Shown: positions 1 to 9,088 of the stretch, one piece after another
How the letters are laid out: each line of letters opens with the position of its first letter
Numbering within the stretch: the first letter of the stretch is position 1
DNA from: Alphaproteobacteria bacterium
GTDB taxonomy: Bacteria; Pseudomonadota; Alphaproteobacteria; MPNO01; UBA830
NCBI GenBank assembly: GCA_965243135.1
Contig: OZ251539.1
Location: 4,032,001 to 4,096,000 of the forward strand
DNA length: 64,000 nt
Reading direction: 5' to 3'
Program-made: the position numbers and the translations under genes
Notes under the pieces: generated by a model
What the model saw: the letters and a program-made list of their open reading frames with translations, nothing else
The model's database searches: none
What the model was told of the DNA's origin: nothing

Positions 1-603
1 ATTCCCGACCGTTACCTCTTGGCGCGCTCCCGCAGTCCGGAACTGGTTACGGCCGAGGACATAATGGAATTCACACTCGACGGCGCGGTCGCCGGAAACG
101 ACGACCGCAAGCCCTACGCGGAACGCCACATTCACGGCGCGATACTGGAAGCCCGCCCCGACGTGAATTCGGTCGTTCACAACCATTCGCACGCGGTCCT
201 TCCCTTCGCCGTCACCGGCGTTCCGCTGCGCCCGCTGATGCACGTGGCGGGCGTGATCGGCGAGAGCGCGCCGGTGTGGGACATCGCGGACAAGTTCGGC
301 GAGACCAACCTGCTGGTCACCAACATGGCGCAGGGCAGAGATCTGGCGGCGACGCTGGGCGCCTCTTCGGTCGCGCTAATGCGCGGGCACGGTTGCGCGG
401 TCGCAGGCGGCGGCGTCAGGGAAGCCGTGCTGACGGCGATCTACACCCAGATCAACGCGACGATCCAGTTGCAGGCAATGGCGCTCGGGGAAGTCAGATT
501 TCTCAGTTCGGGGGAAGTCGCGCTCACGCCGGAAACGCTTATCGGACCGCTCGCGATGGAACGGGCCTGGGAATACTACGCACGGCGAGCCGGCGCGTTC
601 TGA
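1..603 (+). CDS. Class II aldolase/adducin family protein (5' truncated by window edge)
   Basis: Frame open from base 1; motifs ERHIHGAILEARPDVNSVVHNHS and LMRGHG typical of class II aldolases. Confidence 0.85.
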   Translation: MPDRYLLARSRSPELVTAEDIMEFTLDGAVAGNDDRKPYAERHIHGAILEARPDVNSVVHNHSHAVLPFAVTGVPLRPLMHVAGVIGESAPVWDIADKFGETNLLVTNMAQGRDLAATLGASSVALMRGHGCAVAGGGVREAVLTAIYTQINATIQLQAMALGEVRFLSSGEVALTPETLIGPLAMERAWEYYARRAGAF

Positions 604-646
604 CGCGCGCGGGGAGACATTCTTTCGGGCGCAACGGCGTTCCCGC

Positions 647-675
647 CTTGAAATCGCCAACCTCCGGCATCATAT
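647..675 (+). promoter_or_regulatory. Putative RpoH (sigma32) promoter of hsp20
   Basis: CTTGAAA (647-653) and CATCATAT (668-675) upstream of a small heat-shock gene, resembling the alphaproteobacterial RpoH consensus. Confidence 0.55.
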
Positions 676-682
676 CCGCATT

Positions 683-740
683 GCCGAACGCCGTTCGCGG
701 GTTCGGAGCGTGTTCTCGCTCGACGGAGGGGAATGGCATG
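683..740 (+). promoter_or_regulatory. Putative ROSE-type RNA thermometer
   Basis: Two hairpins; the 3' one (TGTTCTCGCTC-GACG-GAGGGGAATG) has the UYGCU motif with a bulged G pairing over the Shine-Dalgarno, directly before the hsp20 ATG. Confidence 0.65.
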
Positions 741-1139
741 ACGAGACTCCTCGAAAAACCGTTTTCGCCTGGCGCCCTCGACACAGTCTCGAAATCCGCC
801 GCCGGGTATCCGCCTTACGATATCGAACGCATCGGCGAGCAGAACACGCGCATCACGCTCGCCGTCGCCGGCTTCTCCCGGCGCGATCTCTCGGTCTCGA
901 TCGAGAACGGGCAGTTGGTGATCCGCGGACGTCAGGAAGATCGACCGCAACGCAAGTTCCTTCATCGAGGCATCGCATCCCGCCGTTTCCAGCGCTCCTT
1001 CGTCCTAGCGGACGGCATCGAAGTCGTCGACGCGAAGTTGGACAACGGCCTTCTCCGCATCGATCTGAGGAGACCCGAAAGGGAAGCCGCGTCGCGTTCG
1101 ATCAGGATCCAGGCCGCGCACGCGGAAAAAACCTCCTGA
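738..1139 (+). CDS. Hsp20/IbpA family small heat-shock protein
   Basis: GYPPYDIE, ITLAVAGF, FLHRGIA..FQRSFVLADG, LDNGLLRIDL; ATG at 738. Confidence 0.93.
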   Translation: MTRLLEKPFSPGALDTVSKSAAGYPPYDIERIGEQNTRITLAVAGFSRRDLSVSIENGQLVIRGRQEDRPQRKFLHRGIASRRFQRSFVLADGIEVVDAKLDNGLLRIDLRRPEREAASRSIRIQAAHAEKTS

Positions 1140-1182
1140 ACGGAAACCCCGAAGCGGCGAAACTGCAAACCGGAGACAGGAC

Positions 1183-1398
1183 ATGCAGGGCAGAGAACCA
1201 AGCATATCCAAGCGCGATCTGGCCGTGCTCGGCCTGCATCGGCTCGCCTATGTGAAACCGGTCCGCAGTGAAAACGACATGGTCCAGCTCGCCATTTACG
1301 CCGCCGACGGAACCCGGCTCGCGACCATGGACAACCAGCGTGACCTCGCGTTCGCGGCAATTCGGCAGCACGATCTCGAGCCGGTCAGCGTTCATTGA
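1183..1398 (+). CDS. DUF1150 family protein
   Basis: LAYVKPV..AIYAADGTRLA..AFAAIRQHDLEPVSVH; usual position downstream of hsp20 in Alphaproteobacteria. Confidence 0.85.
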   Translation: MQGREPSISKRDLAVLGLHRLAYVKPVRSENDMVQLAIYAADGTRLATMDNQRDLAFAAIRQHDLEPVSVH

Positions 1399-1600
1399 GC
1401 GGACGGGGCCGGGGAAGAAAACGGCGACGCGCCGACGGCGGGGAAAAGGCGAAGCGTCATCCGCCAAGCATCGGAATTCGACAGTCGAGCGTCGCGGCAG
1501 ACCCACGAAATCAATGCGCGCTCTTCCTCCGCTTCCGGTATGTTCGTGTCCGGGAAGCGGGCATTCCGAACCGAACTTCGGAGGAGGCCGCGGCGCAGGC

Positions 1601-2785
1601 ATGGAATGGCCGGATATATCGTCGCGCATAAGGGTCGGGGAGGATCTGCGAACCGAGTTCAGGCGCGATCTCGACCTCGCCGCTGTGGGCGAGGCGATCT
1701 GCGCCTTCGCGAATACGGACGGCGGAGCAGTTATTCTTGGGGCCGAAGATTCGGGAAAGATCGTTGGCGTAGACGACAACCCGGAAGCGGTGCAGGAACG
1801 GTTGACCGGATTCCTGCAATCGGGTTTCAGCGCTCCGGTCGCGGCGCGCTGCGGGCGGCATCGGCATTCGAACGGCTGGGTGCACTGGATCGCGGTGCCC
1901 CGCATTCGCGGCTTCGACCCTCTTCGTTTCCGTGGACGATTTTACGTCCGACGCGCGCGGAGCAGCGTGGAGCCTTCTCCCCATGAACTTCAGGAGTTGT
2001 TCAATGTCTTCGGTTTCGTGTTTACCGAGAGGCAAACGATTCCAGCGGCGAGCGTCGAAGACATCGACATTCATGCGTTCCGTTCATTCCTGAGCGGTCG
2101 AGGCACGGAAAAAGAACCGCAACCCTGCGACGATTTACGCAATGCGCACGTTCTCCGCGATGCCGACGGAGCGTTGCGCCCCACCCTATACGGGCTTATG
2201 GCCTTCGGCAGAGATCCCCAAGCGTACCCGCACACGGGAAACTTCTGGATTCAGTGCACCGCGTATGCGGGCCGCGACAGAGCGTCGGAGGTAATTCTGG
2301 CCGGGGAAGGCAAGGGGCGTCTCGACGAGCAGGTGCGCCGAGCCCTCGGCTGGACCAAGAGCCTGGGGCGGACTGAAACCTACGCTGGCGTTCTCCGTGA
2401 AGACCGCCCGCTGATTCCCGAATCGGCGCTTCGCGAAGCGCTGGTGAATGCGGTCGTCCATCGCGACTACGCGATCGTCGGATCGCCCGTGATGCTTGAA
2501 GCGTTCTGCGACCGGGCTACGGTGACGAGTCCCGGCACGCTTCCCAACCGTATGACGGTCGAGAGCGTGCAGTTCGGCGGCTTGCCCCGCTCTCGCAACG
2601 AATGGATGGCGAACGCGATGGTCGTGGCGCGCCTGACGGAGGGCCGAGGTCTCGGATGGCTGCGGATGCGTCGCACGATGGAGGAATTCAACGGCACCGA
2701 ACCCGAGCTCGTCAACGACGAGGGCGGCAAGTTCGTCCGGGTAACGTTCCGGTTGAAGCCGCGGTCCGCCGAGAGCGAGACGTGA
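1601..2785 (+). CDS. AlbA_2 (Schlafen-like) domain protein with C-terminal HATPase_c_4 domain
   Basis: GEDLRTEF, ICAFANTDGGAVILG, ALREALVNAVVHRDY, SPGTLP, RSRN; ATG at 1601. Confidence 0.85.
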   Translation: MEWPDISSRIRVGEDLRTEFRRDLDLAAVGEAICAFANTDGGAVILGAEDSGKIVGVDDNPEAVQERLTGFLQSGFSAPVAARCGRHRHSNGWVHWIAVPRIRGFDPLRFRGRFYVRRARSSVEPSPHELQELFNVFGFVFTERQTIPAASVEDIDIHAFRSFLSGRGTEKEPQPCDDLRNAHVLRDADGALRPTLYGLMAFGRDPQAYPHTGNFWIQCTAYAGRDRASEVILAGEGKGRLDEQVRRALGWTKSLGRTETYAGVLREDRPLIPESALREALVNAVVHRDYAIVGSPVMLEAFCDRATVTSPGTLPNRMTVESVQFGGLPRSRNEWMANAMVVARLTEGRGLGWLRMRRTMEEFNGTEPELVNDEGGKFVRVTFRLKPRSAESET

Positions 2786-3804
2786 CGCCCAGGCGGCGCG
2801 GGCCGTTGCCGATTGCAGCGTTCCCTTGCAAGAGCATCGACCGGTTCGCCATCGGCGCCAAAGGCGGCGCAGCGGCCGGAGCGAACCGGATTCTCCATGA
2901 AGGCAGAGAGAAACGCAGGGCGGCTCGGCGAGGCGCTTTGCGCCGCCGGGACGATAGGCCGCTCCATTCGCCGGGTGGTTCGTCTGCGGGCGGCGCCTGC
3001 CCGCTCGGTGGCGATCTTTCGGCCCGCAGCCTCGTCCTGATCGTCGAGGCAAGCGCGCCATTCAAGGCCGGAATCCGGAATCTCCACGTTACCGGATGAC
3101 CGGCGAACAGAACGTGAGGCAGTCAACTTGTCCAGGAAAACGCCGACAAACGAAACCCGAGCCGCACCGCCGCGGCGACCAAGCGGCTTCTTGCGATCAG
3201 GCTGTTTCTCGTTACGCCGAACCTCCGGGATCCGTCGCGCCAATTCGCCGCGCAACCCCGGACGAAACGGAGGCCGCCGCGAGGACGGAAGCGCAGCAGC
3301 TGCGGTCGCCGGGAATCAGGAGAGTCGAGGCATGCATAGCGCGCCCCGGGATAACGAACCGCTGGCGTTTCCTGCGTCGTTGGAAACGCTGCGAACCGGA
3401 ACATCCCGGAGGCCGAGATGGAGCGAATTTTCGGGGTGAACGCGAAAGCCCTCGCCTGCCGCCGGAAATCTTCGACGACGCATCGGCGATTCTTGGGTCG
3501 CAGACGGCGCGTACTCCGTACCCAAGCCGCAACGAGTCTGGACGCCCGCCGTCGGCTCCTTCCCGCCCAAGCGCGGTTCCGGAAGCCGGAGTTTCAGGGA
3601 GGCGGAGAGAGTTTCATGCGCGGAAGAGCCGTGCGGCGGGTCGCCAAGCGACGAACCCGCCACTGGCGGAAACCGACCTTCGCGTCAGTCTGCGTTCGTT
3701 CCGGCAGCCTCGCTCTGGCCGCGCCGGACGAACGGATTCTTGTCTGCATGACGCGGCGGCGTTCGAACGGGGGCAGCCGCCGCCCCGGAACCCCGTTCAC
3801 GCGG

Positions 3805-3841
3805 AAAAAAGAAAGGGGGGCGACTTTCGCCGCCCCCCTTC
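3805..3841 (-). terminator. Rho-independent terminator of left porin
   Basis: Minus strand GAAGGGGGGCGGC-GAAA-GTCGCCCCCCTTTC followed by T-run, just after the stop codon. Confidence 0.8.
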
Positions 3842-3863
3842 GGTGCGTTCCGTCCGGTTCGGA

Positions 3864-4946
3864 CTAGAAGGCGACCTTGATGCCCGTGGTGTAGGCAGTG
3901 CCGTCCTGGGACTCGCTGCCCGCCTCGTATTCCGCCCACAGGGCGTCGAGCGACCACGTCACGCCCGCCCCGAGGCTGCGCGAATACGACAGCCGGCCCG
4001 CCGAGGTTTCCCGCTCCATCTTCTCGAGGTGGATGTAGCCCAAGGAGACGGCGTGCGGCCCCCAGGAGTAGCGTCCGCCGATGTCCCAGCGGTCGAGTTC
4101 GTCGCCGCCAGCTTTCGTGACTTCGTTATGCCGCACGTAACCGACGCCGACCTTGACGCCCGAGAAATCGACCCACAGGCCGCCGCCCCAGTTCTGCGGA
4201 TCGTCATCCATCGTACTCTGAGCATCCGCCGTGACGTAGCCGAAAGCTGCGCCGACCTTGGTGTCGCCGTGTTTCTGGTTATAGTTCACCGCGGCCGCGA
4301 CGATGTCTTTCGCCCCCATCGCCGTACTGTGCAGTTGTTTGCTGTCCTCGGCACCGGATCGCGAATAGGAGACGCCCATCTGGAAGCCGTTGAAGCGCGG
4401 CGTGTAGTAGGCCACGGTATCGCTGTCGCTGCTGATGTTCACGCGACCGCTCGCGGCACCGAGCGCATCGTCCGCCTTGGTATCTGTCGCTGCTCCAAGG
4501 TTGTTCGGAATCCAGTCGCCGACGTCGAATTCCAGCGTCTGGTTGCCGGTGCCGGTGGAAACGCTGCCGTGATAGCCGAACGTCATCTCGTAGCCGGCCT
4601 CGTCAAGGGCGCCGATCTGGATCTGGCCGAAGTCGCCCGAGACGAAGAACTTGGTCTCGTCGGTGGGGTCGGAGCTACCATCGATGTTGCCTTCGAGCTC
4701 GACCACCGTCGAAATGGTGATGCCGTTGTCCAGCGGCGCCTTGCCCTTGAAGTGGACTTCGACGTCCTGCTGCACGCCGATGCCGTCCTGGCCGTCGACA
4801 TCGTTGTCGCCGACGCCGACATTGGCTTCCCAGTAAGCGCTCATGGACAGCGACGGCTTCATCTTGTCCTGCGCGACGGCCGCGCCCGACAAGGCCAGTG
4901 CGCCGACGGCCGCCAGCGCAGTGGATGCGAGGAGATGTTTCTTCAT
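3864..4946 (-). CDS. Gram-negative porin, copy L
   Basis: Signal peptide MKKHLLASTALAAVGALALSGAAVA; LDNGITIS..VELEG, GDFGQIQIG, YYTPRFNGFQMGVSY; C-terminal Phe. Confidence 0.92.
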   Translation of the reverse strand: MKKHLLASTALAAVGALALSGAAVAQDKMKPSLSMSAYWEANVGVGDNDVDGQDGIGVQQDVEVHFKGKAPLDNGITISTVVELEGNIDGSSDPTDETKFFVSGDFGQIQIGALDEAGYEMTFGYHGSVSTGTGNQTLEFDVGDWIPNNLGAATDTKADDALGAASGRVNISSDSDTVAYYTPRFNGFQMGVSYSRSGAEDSKQLHSTAMGAKDIVAAAVNYNQKHGDTKVGAAFGYVTADAQSTMDDDPQNWGGGLWVDFSGVKVGVGYVRHNEVTKAGGDELDRWDIGGRYSWGPHAVSLGYIHLEKMERETSAGRLSYSRSLGAGVTWSLDALWAEYEAGSESQDGTAYTTGIKVAF

Positions 4947-4986
4947 GGATCCCTCCGAAACATGGTCAAACACAAAGAGGGAAACG
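4880..4986 (-). repeat. Left arm of 107-bp inverted repeat (porin 5' UTR + signal peptide)
   Basis: Reverse complement matches 7868-7974 with one mismatch by eye. Confidence 0.9.
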
Positions 4987-5114
4987 CCGGATCATTTCGC
5001 AGCACCGCCCTCAACCTTGATCGCAGCAGGCACCCTTCCGAAGCAGACGCTTGCCGCGTTCACAAGGATGCTTTTACGCCGAAACGGTCGCCGTCTCAAG
5101 AGCCAGCGCATACC

Positions 5115-5155
5115 GTTGCAAAAAAAGGACACAGACTGTGGCATTTTTGCAACAT
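5115..5155 (-). promoter_or_regulatory. Dyad-symmetric motif upstream of porin L (candidate regulator site/promoter element)
   Basis: GTTGCAAAAA..CACAG-A-CTGTG..TTTTTGCAAC, AT-rich, about 170-210 bp upstream of the porin start; absent upstream of porin R. Confidence 0.45.
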
Positions 5156-5327
5156 CCGGAATCCTGAGGAGCGGGCATCCATCCTGCCGCGCCGTACGGC
5201 GAAGCGAACATGGGCCGGCGGAGCGGCGATGCGTGCGCACCCGGAGGCGTCCGTCGTCTCCCGAGAGATCCAGGCGTTCCAGCGGCAGCGCCCTGCTTGA
5301 CGGCAGGCGTCAACCGAACGCGGCCGG

Positions 5328-6524
5328 TCACCATGGGCGTTCCGGCGCGTCTTTCGAAATCGCCGGGCGGGAAGACGCAGGAGAACCCGTCGGCTGCTTC
5401 CCTTCCATGGCGGCGGAGATGGCGGCGCCTACCCGCTCGGCCGCCGCTTCGACCTCGCGGTCGGCGACATGCGCGTACCGCAGCGTCGTCCGGACTTGCC
5501 TGTGGCCGAGAAGCCTTGCGACGACCGGCAGCGAAACGCCTCGCAACACCGCCTGACTGGCGAAGGTGTGGCGCAAATCGTGCAGCCGCGCATCTTCGAT
5601 TCCGGCCTGTCGCCTTACCCTGTACCAGAGCGGGAGATTGTCCGAGCAGGGCCGCGCGGGATTCGAAGGAGAGGGGAAAACGTACGGGCTTTCCGTTCGC
5701 GGCTGGCGTTCGAGTATCCGGCGAGCCGCGGCGTTCAGGAGAACCTTGCGCGGTCCCGTCTTGCTGTCCCCGAGATTGAGCATGTCTCCGTCGAAGTCCC
5801 GCCAGCGCAGCCCGACGATCTCTCCCTTGCGGCAACCGGTCAACAGCAGAAGGCGGATCATGTCCGCCTGGCGGCTCGTTCTCTCGTTCGCGTAACCGTC
5901 CAGAACCCGATGCAGGCGGCGGATTTCCTCTCGCGAAAGGAACCGGGTGAGCTTGCGGCGCGGGTTCGGTTTCACGCACCGGGCCGGGTTTGACTCTATG
6001 AAGGCGCAGGCGATCGCGTAGTTCAAAATCTGGCGCAGCGTCTTGAGCGCCTTGTTGGCTCCGTCCGGAGCGGTCAGGCTGTAGGCGTCGAACCACGCTT
6101 CGATCCCGATCCGGACGATCCGATGGAGCGGCAGGCTTCCGAAAACCGGCAGCAACTGGGTTTCGAGAATGCAATCGACGCCTTTTTTCGTCGACGGCTT
6201 GTACCGGTCATAGCAGGCGGTCTTCCAAAGCCCCGCGACGAACTCCCGGAACGGCGGAGACGAATTCGGGGGAGCGGGCACCTCGGTACCTGCGAGGACG
6301 AGGCATTCGCGGCGCGCGGAGCCGACGCTTTTCAACGCCGCCGGACCGAGCGAAAACTTCCTCGCCCGGTCGCCGGACCTGCAGCAGCACACGTAGCTCC
6401 GGCTTCCAGCGGGCCGGACCCTGACGCCGAATCCCGCCGCCCGCGCATCCCAGACCGTGTACTCCCTGCTTTCCGGTTTGAGCCGGGCGACGCCGGCGTC
6501 CGTCAAACGCATTCTCCTCGCCAT
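5328..6524 (-). CDS. Tyrosine recombinase/integrase B with N-terminal arm-binding (DUF4102-like) domain
   Basis: LTGCRKGEI, SKTG, LHDLRHTFAS, LLGH, RYAH: full R-K-H-R-H-Y set. Confidence 0.93.
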   Translation of the reverse strand: MARRMRLTDAGVARLKPESREYTVWDARAAGFGVRVRPAGSRSYVCCCRSGDRARKFSLGPAALKSVGSARRECLVLAGTEVPAPPNSSPPFREFVAGLWKTACYDRYKPSTKKGVDCILETQLLPVFGSLPLHRIVRIGIEAWFDAYSLTAPDGANKALKTLRQILNYAIACAFIESNPARCVKPNPRRKLTRFLSREEIRRLHRVLDGYANERTSRQADMIRLLLLTGCRKGEIVGLRWRDFDGDMLNLGDSKTGPRKVLLNAAARRILERQPRTESPYVFPSPSNPARPCSDNLPLWYRVRRQAGIEDARLHDLRHTFASQAVLRGVSLPVVARLLGHRQVRTTLRYAHVADREVEAAAERVGAAISAAMEGKQPTGSPASSRPAISKDAPERPW

Positions 6525-6527
6525 CTT

Positions 6528-7625
6528 TCAGCCTTCCAGAATCTCGCCGACGGCCTCTACGGCCTGGCGGACCGCCGCATCGGCCAAATGAGCGTATTTG
6601 AGGGTGCTCGCCGGATCGCGATGTCCGAGCAATCGTCCGATGGTGAGCACCGTCTCGCCTTGCGCGAGGGCCATGCTGGCGTACGTGTGGCGCAAGTCGT
6701 GCAGTCGGATGTCGCCCAGACCCGCTTCCTCTCGAATTTTCCGCCAGAAGCGTCCGAGCGACTTCTTATCCACGGTCGCTCCGCGCAAGTGGAAGACCTG
6801 CTTCCCCTCTTGATCCAGCCCCGCCAGCAGTTCGCGGGCGGCGGCGGATAGCCAGACGGTTCGCGGTCCTGTCTTTCCATCCGCAAGAAACAGCTTGCCG
6901 TCGCGGTAGTCGGTCCATTTCAGGCTCATGATCTCGCTCTTGCGGCACCCCGTCAGAAGCAACAGCCTGATCGCCGCCACATGGAGCGGCTTCGCTCCGT
7001 CGTGGCGAGCCAGCGCCGCAGCCAGACGGCCGATTTCGTCCGTCGACATGAAACGTTCCCGGCCTGCGCCGCCGTATCGCTTGATCCCCCTGCACGGATT
7101 GCTGTCCTCCGGCCTGTAGCCGTAAAGCTCTGCCTGCCGCATGATGACGGAGAGAATCGGGATGGAACGATCCGCCGCCGCCGGCGTCTCGCGCAGCGAG
7201 GCGAACCATTGCCTGACGTCCTCCTTCGCGATCTCGGCAATGCGTTTCCCCTTGAACCACGGCAGGATCTTGCTCCGATAGTTGCTGCAATTCACTGCAA
7301 GGGTGCCGGCTTTCCAGCGGCGGCCGTAACGCCGAAACGCTTCCTCTGCGACGGCCTCGAAAAGAGTTTCCCCGGCCGGGGGTTCGTGCCTGATCGCGGA
7401 CAAGGCCGCGGCTGCGCTCGATCGGGCCTCGTCGGCGCTGACGGTCTCGGCTCCGCCCAGGGATTTCCAGATGCGCCTGCCGTCGCGCTGGCTGTGCAGG
7501 AAGTAGCTCTTCTTTCCCGAAGGGCCGACCCGTACGCCGAAACCCCTCAGGTCGGCGTCCCGGACTTCGTAGACGGTTTTGCGCGGCTTGAGAGCGTCGA
7601 CGCGGCGCTGGGTAAGATGACGCAT
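6528..7625 (-). CDS. Tyrosine recombinase/integrase A with N-terminal arm-binding (DUF4102-like) domain
   Basis: LTGCRKSEI, GKTG, LHDLRHTYAS, LLGH, KYAH; stop lies 3 bp before the start of integrase B. Confidence 0.93.
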   Translation of the reverse strand: MRHLTQRRVDALKPRKTVYEVRDADLRGFGVRVGPSGKKSYFLHSQRDGRRIWKSLGGAETVSADEARSSAAAALSAIRHEPPAGETLFEAVAEEAFRRYGRRWKAGTLAVNCSNYRSKILPWFKGKRIAEIAKEDVRQWFASLRETPAAADRSIPILSVIMRQAELYGYRPEDSNPCRGIKRYGGAGRERFMSTDEIGRLAAALARHDGAKPLHVAAIRLLLLTGCRKSEIMSLKWTDYRDGKLFLADGKTGPRTVWLSAAARELLAGLDQEGKQVFHLRGATVDKKSLGRFWRKIREEAGLGDIRLHDLRHTYASMALAQGETVLTIGRLLGHRDPASTLKYAHLADAAVRQAVEAVGEILEG

Positions 7626-7834
7626 GCGCTTTTCCCTATGCAATCGGTTGCAGTCGGGGCAAGCGCCGCTTGGGGTCGCAATCGCACCAAAAAGCGCTGC
7701 ACGGCCTAAGCTCCTCGGCGCGGACTCCCGTCGGCCGGGTTATGACCGCTTCCCGGAGATCCGTTGCAGATGGGGCGAAAAAGCGCCCTGTTTCGAGCTT
7801 TCGGCTTATTCGCGCCGAAAAAAAGAAACCCGCA

Positions 7835-7847
7835 TTTCAACGAGTTA
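7835..7847 (+). promoter_or_regulatory. Possible IHF binding site next to the inverted-repeat arm
   Basis: TTTCAACGAGTTA, one mismatch to WATCAANNNNTTR, preceded by an A-tract. Confidence 0.35.
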
Positions 7848-7867
7848 GACCGAGGCAGCGTTTCGGA

Positions 7868-7974
7868 CGTTTCCCTCTTTGTGTTTGACCATGTTTCGGA
7901 GGGATCCATGAAGAAACATCTCCTTGCATCCACTGCGCTGGCGGCCGTCGGCGCACTGGCCTTGTCGGGCGCGG
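7868..7974 (+). repeat. Right arm of 107-bp inverted repeat (porin 5' UTR + signal peptide)
   Basis: CGTTTCCCTCTTTGTGTTTGACCATGTTTCGGAGGGATCCATGAAGAAACATCTCC...GGGCGCGG, inverse of 4880-4986. Confidence 0.9.
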
Positions 7975-8969
7975 ATGCCGCGCAGGACAAGAAGACGACG
8001 GAGCCGTCGCTTACCGTTAGCGGCAACTGGGAAGCCAACGTCGGCGTCGCCGACAACGATGTCGACGGCGAGGACGGCATCGGCGTGCAGCAGGACGTCG
8101 AAGTCCACTTCAACGGCGGGGTGGTTCTGGACAACGGCATCACCGTTTCGACGGTGGTCGAGCTCGAAGGCAACACCACAGGCGACACCATCGACGAGAC
8201 CAGGTTCGTCGTCTCGGGCGACTTCGGACAGATCCAGATCGGCAGCATCGACGAGGCCAGCTACGAGATGACGTTCGGCTATCACGGCTCCACTGGAAAC
8301 AGAAACACCGGCAACCAGACGCTGGAATTCGACGTCGGCGGGTGGGTTCCGAACAGCATCGACGGTCTCGGAGCCTCGGCCGGTCGCGTGAACCTCACCA
8401 ACGACGCCGATACCGTCGCCTACTACACGCCGCGCTTCAACGGCTTCCAGATGGGCGTCTCCTATTCGCGGTCGGCTGCTGCGGGGGACAGCGCACACTT
8501 GCACACTACGGCGGGTATGATGAAGGACATCGTCGCGGCCGCCATCAACTACAACCAGAGGCACGGCGACACCGGGGTCGGCGCGGCTTTCGGCTACGTC
8601 ACGGCGAATGAGCCGAATCCGGCGATGGACGATCCCCAGAACTGGGGCGGCGGCCTCTGGGTCGATTTCTCGGGCGTCAGTGTCGGCGTCGGTTACGTGC
8701 GGCATAACGAAGTCACGAGAGCTGGCGGCGACGAACTCGACCGCTGGGATATCGGCGGACGCTACTCCTGGGGGCCGAACGCCGTCTCCTTGGGCTACAT
8801 CCACCTTGAAAGGATGGAAGAGGAAACGGCGGCGGGCAAACTGTCGTATTCGCGCGGCCTCGGGGCGGGCGCGACATGGTCGCTCGACGCCCTGTGGGCG
8901 GAATACGAGGTGGGCAGCGAGTCCCAGGACGGCACCGCCTACACCACAGGCATCAGGTGGCGCTTCTAG
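7908..8969 (+). CDS. Gram-negative porin, copy R (paralogue of copy L)
   Basis: Same signal peptide and conserved blocks as copy L, divergent inter-block segments, ends in Phe. Confidence 0.92.
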   Translation: MKKHLLASTALAAVGALALSGADAAQDKKTTEPSLTVSGNWEANVGVADNDVDGEDGIGVQQDVEVHFNGGVVLDNGITVSTVVELEGNTTGDTIDETRFVVSGDFGQIQIGSIDEASYEMTFGYHGSTGNRNTGNQTLEFDVGGWVPNSIDGLGASAGRVNLTNDADTVAYYTPRFNGFQMGVSYSRSAAAGDSAHLHTTAGMMKDIVAAAINYNQRHGDTGVGAAFGYVTANEPNPAMDDPQNWGGGLWVDFSGVSVGVGYVRHNEVTRAGGDELDRWDIGGRYSWGPNAVSLGYIHLERMEEETAAGKLSYSRGLGAGATWSLDALWAEYEVGSESQDGTAYTTGIRWRF

Positions 8970-8982
8970 TCCGGACCGGACG

Positions 8983-9015
8983 GAAGGAAGCGGCGAAAGC
9001 CGCTTCCTTCATTTT
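8983..9015 (+). terminator. Rho-independent terminator of right porin
   Basis: GAAGGAAGCGGC-GAAA-GCCGCTTCCTTC-ATTTT. Confidence 0.75.
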
Positions 9016-9088
9016 GGCTGAGTCGCTTCCGCGGTGCTTTTCAATCAAGCAGAAGGCTTCTTCTTTTTATGAATCCTGCGGCAGTTTA

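Noticed and set aside
2786-3800. Hidden gene or ncRNA in the 1-kb gap before porin L
   Set aside because: No convincing ORF, protein motif or conserved RNA structure recognised by eye
5328-7625. Prophage, integron or classical genomic island around the integrase pair
   Set aside because: No phage or conjugation genes, no attC-like cassettes, and no flanking direct repeats seen; the flanking repeats are inverted
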